DNA of 11,713 nucleotides from Candidatus Sigynarchaeum calidifontis (GTDB taxonomy: Archaea > Asgardarchaeota > Lokiarchaeia > Sigyniarchaeales > Sigyniarchaeaceae), in NCBI GenBank assembly GCA_030587475.2, contig JAUQYZ020000147.1, positions 1 to 11,713 of the forward strand, in the 5' to 3' direction. Each line of letters starts with the position of its first letter. Within the stretch, counting starts at the first letter, position 1. Made by a program: the position numbers and the translations under genes. Shown piece by piece: positions 1 to 7,562 of the stretch. The notes beneath the pieces were generated by a model that was not told the DNA's origin, made no database searches, and saw only the letters and a program-made list of their open reading frames with translations.

Positions 1-1
1 C

Positions 2-91
2 GTCATAGACCCACAAGGAAACTGGGTGGTCAAGGTGCCCCACCAAGGCGAGCAGATGTTCGTCCACGATATTGAACTCGAGGGGTACTGA
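2..91 (+). CDS. C-terminal fragment of a carbon-nitrogen hydrolase (nitrilase superfamily), 5'-truncated by the window
   Basis: Not in the ORF track. Frame +2 reads VIDPQGNWVVKVPHQGEQMFVHDIELEGY* (TGA 89-91), which resembles the typical 'IIDPxG...E......DI' C-terminal strands of CN-hydrolases. Confidence 0.6.
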   Translation, partial: VIDPQGNWVVKVPHQGEQMFVHDIELEGY

Positions 92-110
92 AAAAGAAGT
101 CAAGAAAAAG
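91..110 (-). terminator. Oligo-T/pyrimidine-rich archaeal-type terminator of the CoA-transferase operon
   Basis: Minus strand reads CTTTTTCTTGACTTCTTTTT, starting 10 nt after the stop codon at 120. No hairpin. Confidence 0.5.
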
Positions 111-119
111 GGAGCGCGG

Positions 120-1301
120 TCAGATGACGTGCTTCCGTTTCAGCTTCTTGAACGTGTCCGCATCGATGCCGAGCAAGCCCGCGTAGATCTCTTCGTTATG
201 CTGGCCGAGATCGGGCGCCTTGGTGGCGATGTCCGCGGGGCTGTCGGAAAACTTGATGACGGGGTTGGGAAGGGTCGCTTTAGCCACGTTGTCGAACGTG
301 AACGAGCGGTTGAACATGCCGCGGGAGGCGAGCTGCTCGTCTTCCTGGATCTCGTCGATCTGCACGACGGGGCTGCATGGGATCCGGTTCTCGCGCATTA
401 TCTTCACGATCTCGTCGCGATCGTGCTTTTGCGTATATGCTTCAAGTACTTCATCAAGAAATTCGATGTGGTCCATGCGCTTCACGACGTTGGATAAGCG
501 CTCGTCGGATAACAAGTCCTCCCGCCCGATGACGCTCATGAGGCGCTTGAACTGGTTCTCCGTGATGGTCACGAGAACGACGCGCTTCCCGTCTTTCGTT
601 GGGTACTGGTTGTACGTCGGGAGAAGGCGCGACGTGAGGTCACGGTTCCTCGCCTTGTCCATGAACTCGTGAACCTGCGCCCGGATGTTCATGGAATACA
701 TCAAGTCCTGCATCGACACGTCGACGAATTGCCCCTTGCCCGTCCGCTCGCGGTGGAATAAAGCTTGCATGATGCCGACGCAGCACGCGAGGCCTGACGA
801 ATAATCCGCGAACGGGATGCGTGGCGTGCCCTCGGTGATGTTCGACGCGTGCATGATGCCACCGGCAGCCTGCGCGACCAGGTCGAACGCGGGAAGGTCT
901 GACCGGGGACCGGTCTGGCCGAAGCCAGAGATAGCGGCGTATATCAAGCGCGGGTTTTTTTCCTTGAGCACTTCGTAATCGACGCCCCAGCGCTTCATGG
1001 TGCCGGGAATGAAGTTTTCTAGCACGACATCGGCTTTCTCGACCAGTTTAAAGAAAATATCCCTGGCATCCGGCTGGCTAAGGTCGATGGTTATCGATTT
1101 CTTGTTCCGGTTGAGAATGGAGAACAAGGGAGACATTTGCTTGTCGAACATCGTGAATAATCGCATCGCCTCGCCATATGGAGGTACTTCGACCTTGATG
1201 ACTTCGGCGCCCTGGTCTGCGAGATACGTGGCGCAATATGGGCCGGATATGAATTGCGACAGGTCGAGGACGCGAATTCCTTGTAGTATTTTGCCAGGCA
1301 T
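120..1301 (-). CDS. Family III CoA-transferase (CaiB/BaiF/Frc family)
   Basis: 393 aa with the family motifs LQGIRVLDLSQFISGPY, LADQGAEVIKVE, NRNKKSITIDL, ADVVLENFIPG, ISGFGQTGP and C-terminal APDLGQHNEEI. A catalytic-Asp context is present (IPFADYSSG). Confidence 0.95.
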   Translation of the reverse strand: MPGKILQGIRVLDLSQFISGPYCATYLADQGAEVIKVEVPPYGEAMRLFTMFDKQMSPLFSILNRNKKSITIDLSQPDARDIFFKLVEKADVVLENFIPGTMKRWGVDYEVLKEKNPRLIYAAISGFGQTGPRSDLPAFDLVAQAAGGIMHASNITEGTPRIPFADYSSGLACCVGIMQALFHRERTGKGQFVDVSMQDLMYSMNIRAQVHEFMDKARNRDLTSRLLPTYNQYPTKDGKRVVLVTITENQFKRLMSVIGREDLLSDERLSNVVKRMDHIEFLDEVLEAYTQKHDRDEIVKIMRENRIPCSPVVQIDEIQEDEQLASRGMFNRSFTFDNVAKATLPNPVIKFSDSPADIATKAPDLGQHNEEIYAGLLGIDADTFKKLKRKHVI

Positions 1302-1314
1302 GGCATCATCTCGT

Positions 1315-1755
1315 TTACCAGTCTTTTAGCAGCCGCTTCAAATATTTTAAAATGTACCCGGCTGCCAGGGGATATCGCATGAGCTTGTTCATGGCACCCT
1401 CTATCTTGAAACGGCCGGTCATCATCGCTCGCGTGGGGTCGATTTCCCCCGTGACGAGGCCGTGCCACGCGGATTCTGGCGCGGTGATCGCGAATTCGTG
1501 GGGAGTGTCATCTCCATCCTTCAAGAACTTGGCAGAACGGCACTTGCCGTGCCACAAGTCGAGCCATAACTTGACGTCCTTCGTTATTTTTTTCCCCTCG
1601 GCCTTGAATACCAGCACCAAGGCGCCTTCCCACGTTTTCGCGCTTTTCTCGTAGTTCGGGTTGTTGTTCAAGCATTTTGCAAACTCATCAGCCCAGGCTT
1701 GCGTCTCGAATTGCATCTGTTCGCTCACGCGTGTCGTTGGTTGATTCTCGGTCAT
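1315..1755 (-). CDS. SCP2 sterol/lipid-binding domain protein (146 aa)
   Basis: Start reassigned to ATG 1755 (MTENQ...), which overlaps the upstream stop as ATGA. SCP2 features: WLDLWHGKCR and AWHGLVTGEIDPTRAMMTGRFKIEGAMNKLM. Confidence 0.88.
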   Translation of the reverse strand: MTENQPTTRVSEQMQFETQAWADEFAKCLNNNPNYEKSAKTWEGALVLVFKAEGKKITKDVKLWLDLWHGKCRSAKFLKDGDDTPHEFAITAPESAWHGLVTGEIDPTRAMMTGRFKIEGAMNKLMRYPLAAGYILKYLKRLLKDW

Positions 1756-2228
1756 AGTTCCGTCGGCAACTCGCTGTAGTAGCCGAATGCCATTATCCCC
1801 TTGACCACGTCTTGCACGTCTCGCAAGAAATCCTTGTAGGTCTCGGCAAACCGCTTCTTGAACAAGGGCAACAGCTCCTCCACGCATTCGTCGCTGAAGA
1901 TAACGCGCAGCGCGACGAAGTAAGAATCGATACCATGCTTCACCATGTCCTCCGTGGGCGACGCGAGGACCGCGAACCCGACCGCGAGCGTTTCCCCCTC
2001 CGCTCTCTTCCACTTCTCCTCCGCTGCCTTATAATACTGGGCCTGGAACATCCGGTTCATGAAGAGCCGGAACTTGAGTGTCGGGTCAAAGCTCATGAAG
2101 AATCGCCCAGATGATTCCATCTCTTCTTGGAAGGTCTGTAGCACGTGGTTTCGTGCCTCTGGAAAGCTGCCCGGGTAGGATATCTCGTGCTTTTCGAACA
2201 AGTCGACGACCTTGAGCACGGCGGGCAT
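1752..2228 (-). CDS. Hypothetical protein (158 aa), first gene of the operon
   Basis: Start reassigned to ATG 2228 (MPAVLKV...), preceded by a GAGGGG SD-like motif. Coding-like codon usage and ATGA coupling to the SCP2 gene. Confidence 0.75.
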   Translation of the reverse strand: MPAVLKVVDLFEKHEISYPGSFPEARNHVLQTFQEEMESSGRFFMSFDPTLKFRLFMNRMFQAQYYKAAEEKWKRAEGETLAVGFAVLASPTEDMVKHGIDSYFVALRVIFSDECVEELLPLFKKRFAETYKDFLRDVQDVVKGIMAFGYYSELPTEL

Positions 2229-2384
2229 CTCGATGCCCCTCGCGTCCGAGTAAATGCATAGATAGTTATTCAAGGGAGATCCGGATCGGATATCGCCCTA
2301 TCATCTTAAGAAGTTATTTATTGCGTTCGTTCGACATGTATGCTGATAACTCGCACCACCACGATCCGAACGTGATTTCGTGCC

Positions 2385-3269
2385 ATGGACAGCATGCTCG
2401 ATCCTTTCACGTTAGTACCACCCGAGTATCGCGCTAGCGAGAGCACGATTGCGATACTTGGTGATAGCACGAGTTTATTGGAAACGATAAAGCCCGACTG
2501 CATCGACCTCGTCTTCGCCGACCCGCCGTACAACATCGGGAAGGAGTTCGAGAAGAAGATCGCACGGGACGTGTACATCACGTGGTGCAAGGGCTGGATC
2601 GACCAGTGCATGCGGGTCTTGAAGCCGACGGGCACCATGTACCTCATGGCGGCCACGCAATTCTTGCCGTACCTCGACATCCACGTGAGCGAAAAGTGGA
2701 TGGTGAGATCACGCATCGTGTGGCATTACGATAGTTCCGGAGTGCAGGCACGACGCCATTTCGGTTCCATGTACGAGCCCATCCTCATGATCGTCAAGGA
2801 CGAGGAATCGTACAAGTTCAACGCCGAGGCAGTCATGGTCGAGGCGCGTAGCGGTGCCGTCCGAAAGCTTATCGATTACCGAAAAACCCCGCCACAGCCA
2901 TATAGCAATAAAAAGGTCATGGGAAACGTCTGGGAGATCCCGCGCGTCAGGTTCAAGATGCCCGAGTACGAGAACCACGGCACGCAAAAGCCCGAGCGGT
3001 TGCTCGAGATCCCGCTGCTCGCGTCGACGGATCCCGGCGACATCGTGCTCGATCCGTTTGCCGGCAGCTTCACCACGTGCGCTGTCGCGCAGCGGCTCGG
3101 CCGGAAATCCATTGGTATCGAGATCAACGAGGAGTATTTCAAAATGGGATTGCGACGGCTCGGCCTCGCGACGGAATACAAGGGCGAGCGCCTCGTGAAG
3201 GTCAAATCGAGAAAGACGAACAACAAGTCCAAAAAGGATCACGAAAAGGATGGGCAAGCCGACAGATGA
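2385..3269 (+). CDS. yhdJ: Adenine-specific DNA methyltransferase, beta class, YhdJ-like
   Basis: The catalytic DPPY motif precedes the SAM-binding VLDPFAGSFTT (beta order). Long segments that I recall matching E. coli YhdJ: SRIVWHYDSSGVQA, GSMYEPILM, LIDYRKTPPQPY, GNVW..PRVR..M.EYENH.TQKPE and GIEIN.EY.KMGLRRL. Confidence 0.92.
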   Translation: MDSMLDPFTLVPPEYRASESTIAILGDSTSLLETIKPDCIDLVFADPPYNIGKEFEKKIARDVYITWCKGWIDQCMRVLKPTGTMYLMAATQFLPYLDIHVSEKWMVRSRIVWHYDSSGVQARRHFGSMYEPILMIVKDEESYKFNAEAVMVEARSGAVRKLIDYRKTPPQPYSNKKVMGNVWEIPRVRFKMPEYENHGTQKPERLLEIPLLASTDPGDIVLDPFAGSFTTCAVAQRLGRKSIGIEINEEYFKMGLRRLGLATEYKGERLVKVKSRKTNNKSKKDHEKDGQADR

Positions 3270-3294
3270 CGTGAAAGCATGAACGTGAAAGAAA

Positions 3295-3325
3295 GGATCG
3301 TGGCAGCGCTGGATCGTGGCAGCGC
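3295..3325 (+). repeat. Tandem direct repeat GGATCGTGGCAGCGC x2 (16-nt period)
   Basis: Exact 15-nt copies at 3295-3309 and 3311-3325. Confidence 0.85.
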
Positions 3326-3444
3326 ACCCGCTGGAAAACGTGCTCGCCGTCGTCGAGGGATGGCGGGAAGCACGGACGTATTAGAGCCGGATTCAGATCG
3401 ATCAAGGACGAGATTTATAGGTGCCGACGATGTCGGGCAAGGTT

Positions 3445-3460
3445 AAAAATAGAAGAAATA
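3445..3460 (-). terminator. T-rich terminator after the beta-propeller gene
   Basis: Minus strand reads TATTTCTTCTATTTTT immediately after the stop at 3466. Confidence 0.45.
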
Positions 3461-3465
3461 TCGTG

Positions 3466-4815
3466 TTACTGTTCTAACCGGGAACCGCGGTGCAACTTCG
3501 CAACGACCTTTCGTGCGATGAAGAGCACGCCACAAAAGCTTACTATGAAGATGGCCACGGTTGATGGCCCGTCCACGCCGGGTGTCGAACCCGTAACCGT
3601 GATAACCGTGAATTTCGTGACCATGGCATTCGATAAAGGCATGTCGGTAGATGACGCATTCGTCCCGCCGCAGCATACCACGATGTCCCCGGAAATGGCT
3701 ATGTCCTTTGCGCAATCAAACCTCGATCCACCCCAGGTAGTGTCACCGAGCAAGTTGCCATCACCATCGTATTTCGCGATGAATGCTTGCGAGTCCGTTG
3801 ATGGATTGGAGGTTCTGCTGCAAGTTTGCCCGACAATGTAGACCCCGCTGCTGTCGCATGCCAAGGCATAGGCATAGTCGTCTTCCACGCCGCCCCACGT
3901 CACGCTCCAGGCCTCCGAGCAGGTCATATCGAGCTTGACCAGGAAAGCCTCCGTTTTTTTCGCGGTGTCGTTGCAATACCCGCATATGTAATATGACGTG
4001 CCAGAGATGGCGAACCCGGTGCAAACCTCGTTCCGCGTGCTGCTACCCCATGTCACCCACCCGAATGACGAGTTGGCCGGGTAAAACTCGCCGATGATAA
4101 TATCGCGAGATAACGTGGTGCCGTTGGTGATCGTTCCCGCGACGATGATGCGAGTGCCGCTCGTGGCTATATGGTCAAATTGCTCGTTGTTGCCCAGGTC
4201 AAGCGAAGCATTCATGATGCTCGAGAGCGTGCTGTTGAACTTCATGATCGTCGCGTTTTGCGCGTTTGAACCGGCATCCACGTAACCACAGACATAAATA
4301 TCCGAGCCGACGATGGCGAGATCAAGAGGGACTTCGTTGCGAACGTGATCTCCCCATTCGATGGACATTCCCCCGCTGTAGTTGGCATCATAACTGGTGA
4401 GAAGCCCGTGTTCGGTTGAGAAAGATGAACCTAGATGAGCTACGTCGTACAAATTCCCGCCACTCTGCACGATCGACTCTGGAACTCGCCACGCATCAGG
4501 TCCATTATTCGTGAGCGGTGAGGCACGCTCCAAGACACCATCCATGCTGTATTTTGCGTAGAAGGCCCCACTGTAGCTATTCACGGGTTCCTGGCCGGTA
4601 CCTGCCAGGAAAATCTTCTGGTTGTAGATCAAAACGGTCTCGTACAAGTCTTGCTTGTTGCCGTCGAATACCTTGCTCCATTGCTGGGAAAATGATGTTG
4701 TCGTGCTGGATGGCGCGATTCCAGATGCTGTACTTGAAACCATAACTAGCATAACGAGAAACATGAACGAACCCGTTACACTCGTCAACCGAATCGTTGT
4801 TTTGGATGAATTCAT
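3466..4815 (-). CDS. Secreted, membrane-anchored beta-propeller repeat (SBBP-like) surface protein
   Basis: Likely start ATG 4815 (MNSSKTT...) after an AGGGGT SD-like motif. N-terminal hydrophobic signal (FMFLVMLVMV) and repeated blades such as WSVTWGGVEDDYAYALACDSSGVYIVGQT and TTWGGSRFDCAKDIAISGDIVVCCG. The C-terminus is Thr/Pro/Gly-rich, then a transmembrane helix and basic tail. Confidence 0.85.
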   Translation of the reverse strand: MNSSKTTIRLTSVTGSFMFLVMLVMVSSTASGIAPSSTTTSFSQQWSKVFDGNKQDLYETVLIYNQKIFLAGTGQEPVNSYSGAFYAKYSMDGVLERASPLTNNGPDAWRVPESIVQSGGNLYDVAHLGSSFSTEHGLLTSYDANYSGGMSIEWGDHVRNEVPLDLAIVGSDIYVCGYVDAGSNAQNATIMKFNSTLSSIMNASLDLGNNEQFDHIATSGTRIIVAGTITNGTTLSRDIIIGEFYPANSSFGWVTWGSSTRNEVCTGFAISGTSYYICGYCNDTAKKTEAFLVKLDMTCSEAWSVTWGGVEDDYAYALACDSSGVYIVGQTCSRTSNPSTDSQAFIAKYDGDGNLLGDTTWGGSRFDCAKDIAISGDIVVCCGGTNASSTDMPLSNAMVTKFTVITVTGSTPGVDGPSTVAIFIVSFCGVLFIARKVVAKLHRGSRLEQ

Positions 4816-4968
4816 CCTTGACCCCTTTCTTCTTTTCGTATCGTGATATGAGGGATATGTTGTCCACGGTGCATCTCTTATACCCAAAATGGTTTTATCG
4901 CATAACACCGGGAAGGTGAAAGACGGAAATCTTCAATCAGTAAAACATGAACCGCGATTATGCGCGCA

Positions 4969-5738
4969 TCACAGCCCCAGCGCTGCCAGCTCGGCCTTGG
5001 TCGACCTGGCCTTCCCCGGCGTGATGTCGAACACGCGCCACATGCACAGGCACCCGGCCAGGTAGAACAGCGCGGGCACGGCCATCATCTGCACCCGAAG
5101 CCCCCAGAGAGCGATGTCGGTTTGCAACGCTGCATCGGGGTCAAATCCAGAGATGGCATGGATGATACCAAAGGTCAGGGCTTGAATGACGACGGATAAC
5201 CGACCGAAAAACGTCCGAAACCCGTAAAAGATGCCTTCGTTTCTCGATTTCATCTTCACGACCATCTCGTCGATGACGTCCGAGAACGTCGGTGCCATGA
5301 GCGTCCACGGGGCGCTCAAGGCCATTCCCCGGATGAAAGCGCCGGCGATCGCGAACGACACGTCCCGAGCCACGCGAACACGGCCCAATCGAAGCCGAGC
5401 GGTGGCGTGAAGATGAAAGTGAAGGCGACCGCGCAAGGGATGGCCGTGCACATGAACCACGGGAAGCGGCGGCCCCAGCGCGCCGTGAACCGCGTCGGGC
5501 GGTCGGAGATGTACCCGACCAGCGGGTCGTTGAACATGTTCCAGATGCCATAGATGACGAACGCCGTGGCGAGGAAGATGTTGGGGAGGAGGACCTCGTT
5601 CTCGTAAAAGGCATACACCCGCACGGAAAAAGCGGTCAAGAGGAAATCATCGAGGAAACTCCCGCAACCGTAGGAAAAATGGATTTTCGATGGATGCCGG
5701 GTCTCTTTTGTCTCGGCAACGGGGCCGGTCATGATCAT
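4969..5738 (-). pseudogene. GPH-family (MelB/UidB-like) MFS sugar:cation symporter with internal deletion and frameshift
   Basis: The N-terminal part (frame of ORF 5316..5738) has SYGCG, IWNMFNDPLVGYISDR and WGRRFPW. The C-terminal part (frame of ORF 4969..5460) has FSDVIDE, RNEGIFYG and VPALF. Together they give about 255 aa versus about 450 aa expected. The frame switches near 5360-5370. Confidence 0.82.
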
Positions 5739-5828
5739 TGCCCGGGCCGGGCCAAGTTAAAATTTCCCGGCACCGGTCAAGCACGATATCGGGATCTTGT
5801 TGATTGGCCAGCCCTGTGGTCATCGTCC

Positions 5829-5835
5829 TTTATAA
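5829..5835 (+). promoter_or_regulatory. Putative archaeal TATA box (TTTATAA) for the SWIM-domain gene
   Basis: About 36-42 nt upstream of the TTG/GTG start (5871/5874). A GGTGA SD motif lies at 5860-5864. Confidence 0.55.
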
Positions 5836-5870
5836 GACCCCGCAAGGAGAATGATCGTGGGTGATCTCGC

Positions 5871-7502
5871 TTGGTGACCATCGACATCAACTCGATAAAG
5901 GACGACCTGTCGGGGCCATGGTGGCATCTGGTTTCGGCTACAGATTTTCATTTCCTCGAAACCATCAACACGACTGGTTCCGGACAAGCAGTCGTTGAAG
6001 GCGACGTGCTCGTGCACAAGCAAGTCTTGCCAGGGGAACAATACCCTTCGATCAGATATCACGTGGTGGGACAAGGCGGCTCGACGCGGCTAGCGACCAA
6101 CCAGGAGGTGAAAGAGCTTCTCGGTAAATCACTGCTCGCGTTCATCGAGAAAACGAACCACTTGCCACCGAATTGCAAGTTCTCCAAGCGGTTCAAGAAC
6201 GGCTCGGTCCAGATCGATTTCGAGCCCCACAAGAACGTGAAGTTCGCGCTGAAGATCGTGCCGGCCGACAGCAAGGTGGCAGACCTGGACGCGCGGATAG
6301 AAACGATGCCATCGGGACCCGTGGCACTTGCACAAACGGCACCCGTGAAGGGGCAAGCCGCCGATGCAAGCGCTGAAGCTGGCGGGGCGGCCACGATGGT
6401 GCCAGCCAAGCAAGCGGCTGCCAAGGACGACCTGGCAATCCCGAAGCACATCGCGAAGATCCAGGACAGCCTGGCGCTCATCGACGGGATCGTCGAGGCT
6501 GTCGAAAAACGAACGAGCACCTTCCAGGATAATGTGGTCACGTATTACATGCTCACGATCCGCGATGCTATCGTCGGTCTCGGGGAAAAGGATCCTATCG
6601 GGTATCCAGTGAGCGTGATAAAGGCACGCTTGTCGGAAAATAAGATGCTGCGTAAAAAGATCCAGCCGGGCATGTATCTTTCCATGCGGGGGAAATTCGA
6701 ACCACACGGGAACGACGGGTTTGCGATCAAGTACGCGCGTGGCGTCACCACGAGAAAAACCAAGAAAAAAAACGTGTCGATAGCATCCCCGGAAATGGTC
6801 TCGGCGCTGCTCAAGAGGACGGACAAGGTTGTCCAGGCGCCCGCCTGGAACAGTCGTGGCGGCGTCCACGGCTATTACCGCGATCACGAAGATGATTACT
6901 ACGACGAAAACGACGACTATTACGATGATGATGATGAGATCGGCGATTATCGCGGCGGGTATGGCCCGCGCAGGTCGTACCCGCCATGGTGGAACAGGCC
7001 GGTGGACCGCGCGGCGAGCATCCACGACGTCTCGGGCACGCCGCTGGAGGCCGTGTTCGGCCACATGGATCAAAAAGTGCGCCGCAAGATCACGAGGGCG
7101 ATCAACATGCTCAGGAGTCAACGCAACATGCTCTTCATCAAGAGCGAGAAGACCGCGGTGCACGGCATCGTGAGGTCCCAGAGCCACGCGGGAACCGAGT
7201 ACGCGACGTGCATCGGCGAAGGTGGCAAGTACTATTGCGTGTCGAACACGCTGAGCCCGTGCCTCGGGCTCCAGGGGACGATCTGCAAGCACGTGCTCCT
7301 CACGATCATCGCCGCGGCGAAGGACGGCAAGGTCGATCGAGCCGCGTTGACCGCCTGGATACAAGCGGCACTGTCGCAATGGCCACGGCTCGACGAGACA
7401 GAAGCGGTATCGATCTTCACCGAGTACAAGAGCGGACCGCTAGAAATCGGCATGGATTGGCGCCAGGTGGAAGTCCTTCCCGAGGATTTCGTCGCGTTTT
7501 GA
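5871..7502 (+). CDS. Multidomain protein with C-terminal SWIM-type zinc finger, putative central OB-fold and acidic/RGG linker
   Basis: 543-aa ORF with strong coding bias. The C-terminal region is GIVRSQS...YATCI...YYCVSNTLSPCLGLQGTICKHVL...DWRQVEVLPEDF (C-x7-C-x7-C-K-H). Ala-rich and Asp/Tyr-rich linkers separate the domains. Confidence 0.85.
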   Translation: MVTIDINSIKDDLSGPWWHLVSATDFHFLETINTTGSGQAVVEGDVLVHKQVLPGEQYPSIRYHVVGQGGSTRLATNQEVKELLGKSLLAFIEKTNHLPPNCKFSKRFKNGSVQIDFEPHKNVKFALKIVPADSKVADLDARIETMPSGPVALAQTAPVKGQAADASAEAGGAATMVPAKQAAAKDDLAIPKHIAKIQDSLALIDGIVEAVEKRTSTFQDNVVTYYMLTIRDAIVGLGEKDPIGYPVSVIKARLSENKMLRKKIQPGMYLSMRGKFEPHGNDGFAIKYARGVTTRKTKKKNVSIASPEMVSALLKRTDKVVQAPAWNSRGGVHGYYRDHEDDYYDENDDYYDDDDEIGDYRGGYGPRRSYPPWWNRPVDRAASIHDVSGTPLEAVFGHMDQKVRRKITRAINMLRSQRNMLFIKSEKTAVHGIVRSQSHAGTEYATCIGEGGKYYCVSNTLSPCLGLQGTICKHVLLTIIAAAKDGKVDRAALTAWIQAALSQWPRLDETEAVSIFTEYKSGPLEIGMDWRQVEVLPEDFVAF

Positions 7503-7528
7503 CGGCACGCTTGTATCATCCTCGCATT

Positions 7529-7549
7529 GAAATAGAAAAGGAGAGAAAG
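7529..7549 (-). terminator. Pyrimidine-rich terminator-like tract on the minus strand
   Basis: Minus strand reads CTTTCTCTCCTTTTCTATTTC, 14 nt after the TAG at 7563-7565. Confidence 0.4.
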
Positions 7550-7562
7550 TTTCTGGCACCTA

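Noticed and set aside
1756-2013. N-terminal extension of the 232-aa SCP2 ORF
   Set aside because: It overlaps the upstream gene in another frame and is Arg/Gly-rich. The ATGA-coupled start at 1755 is more plausible.
6765-6772. A8 homopolymer as a phase-variation site
   Set aside because: It is short, in frame, and explained by Lys-Lys-Asn codons.
6129-7379. 416-aa minus-strand ORF
   Set aside because: Antisense shadow of the SWIM-domain gene.
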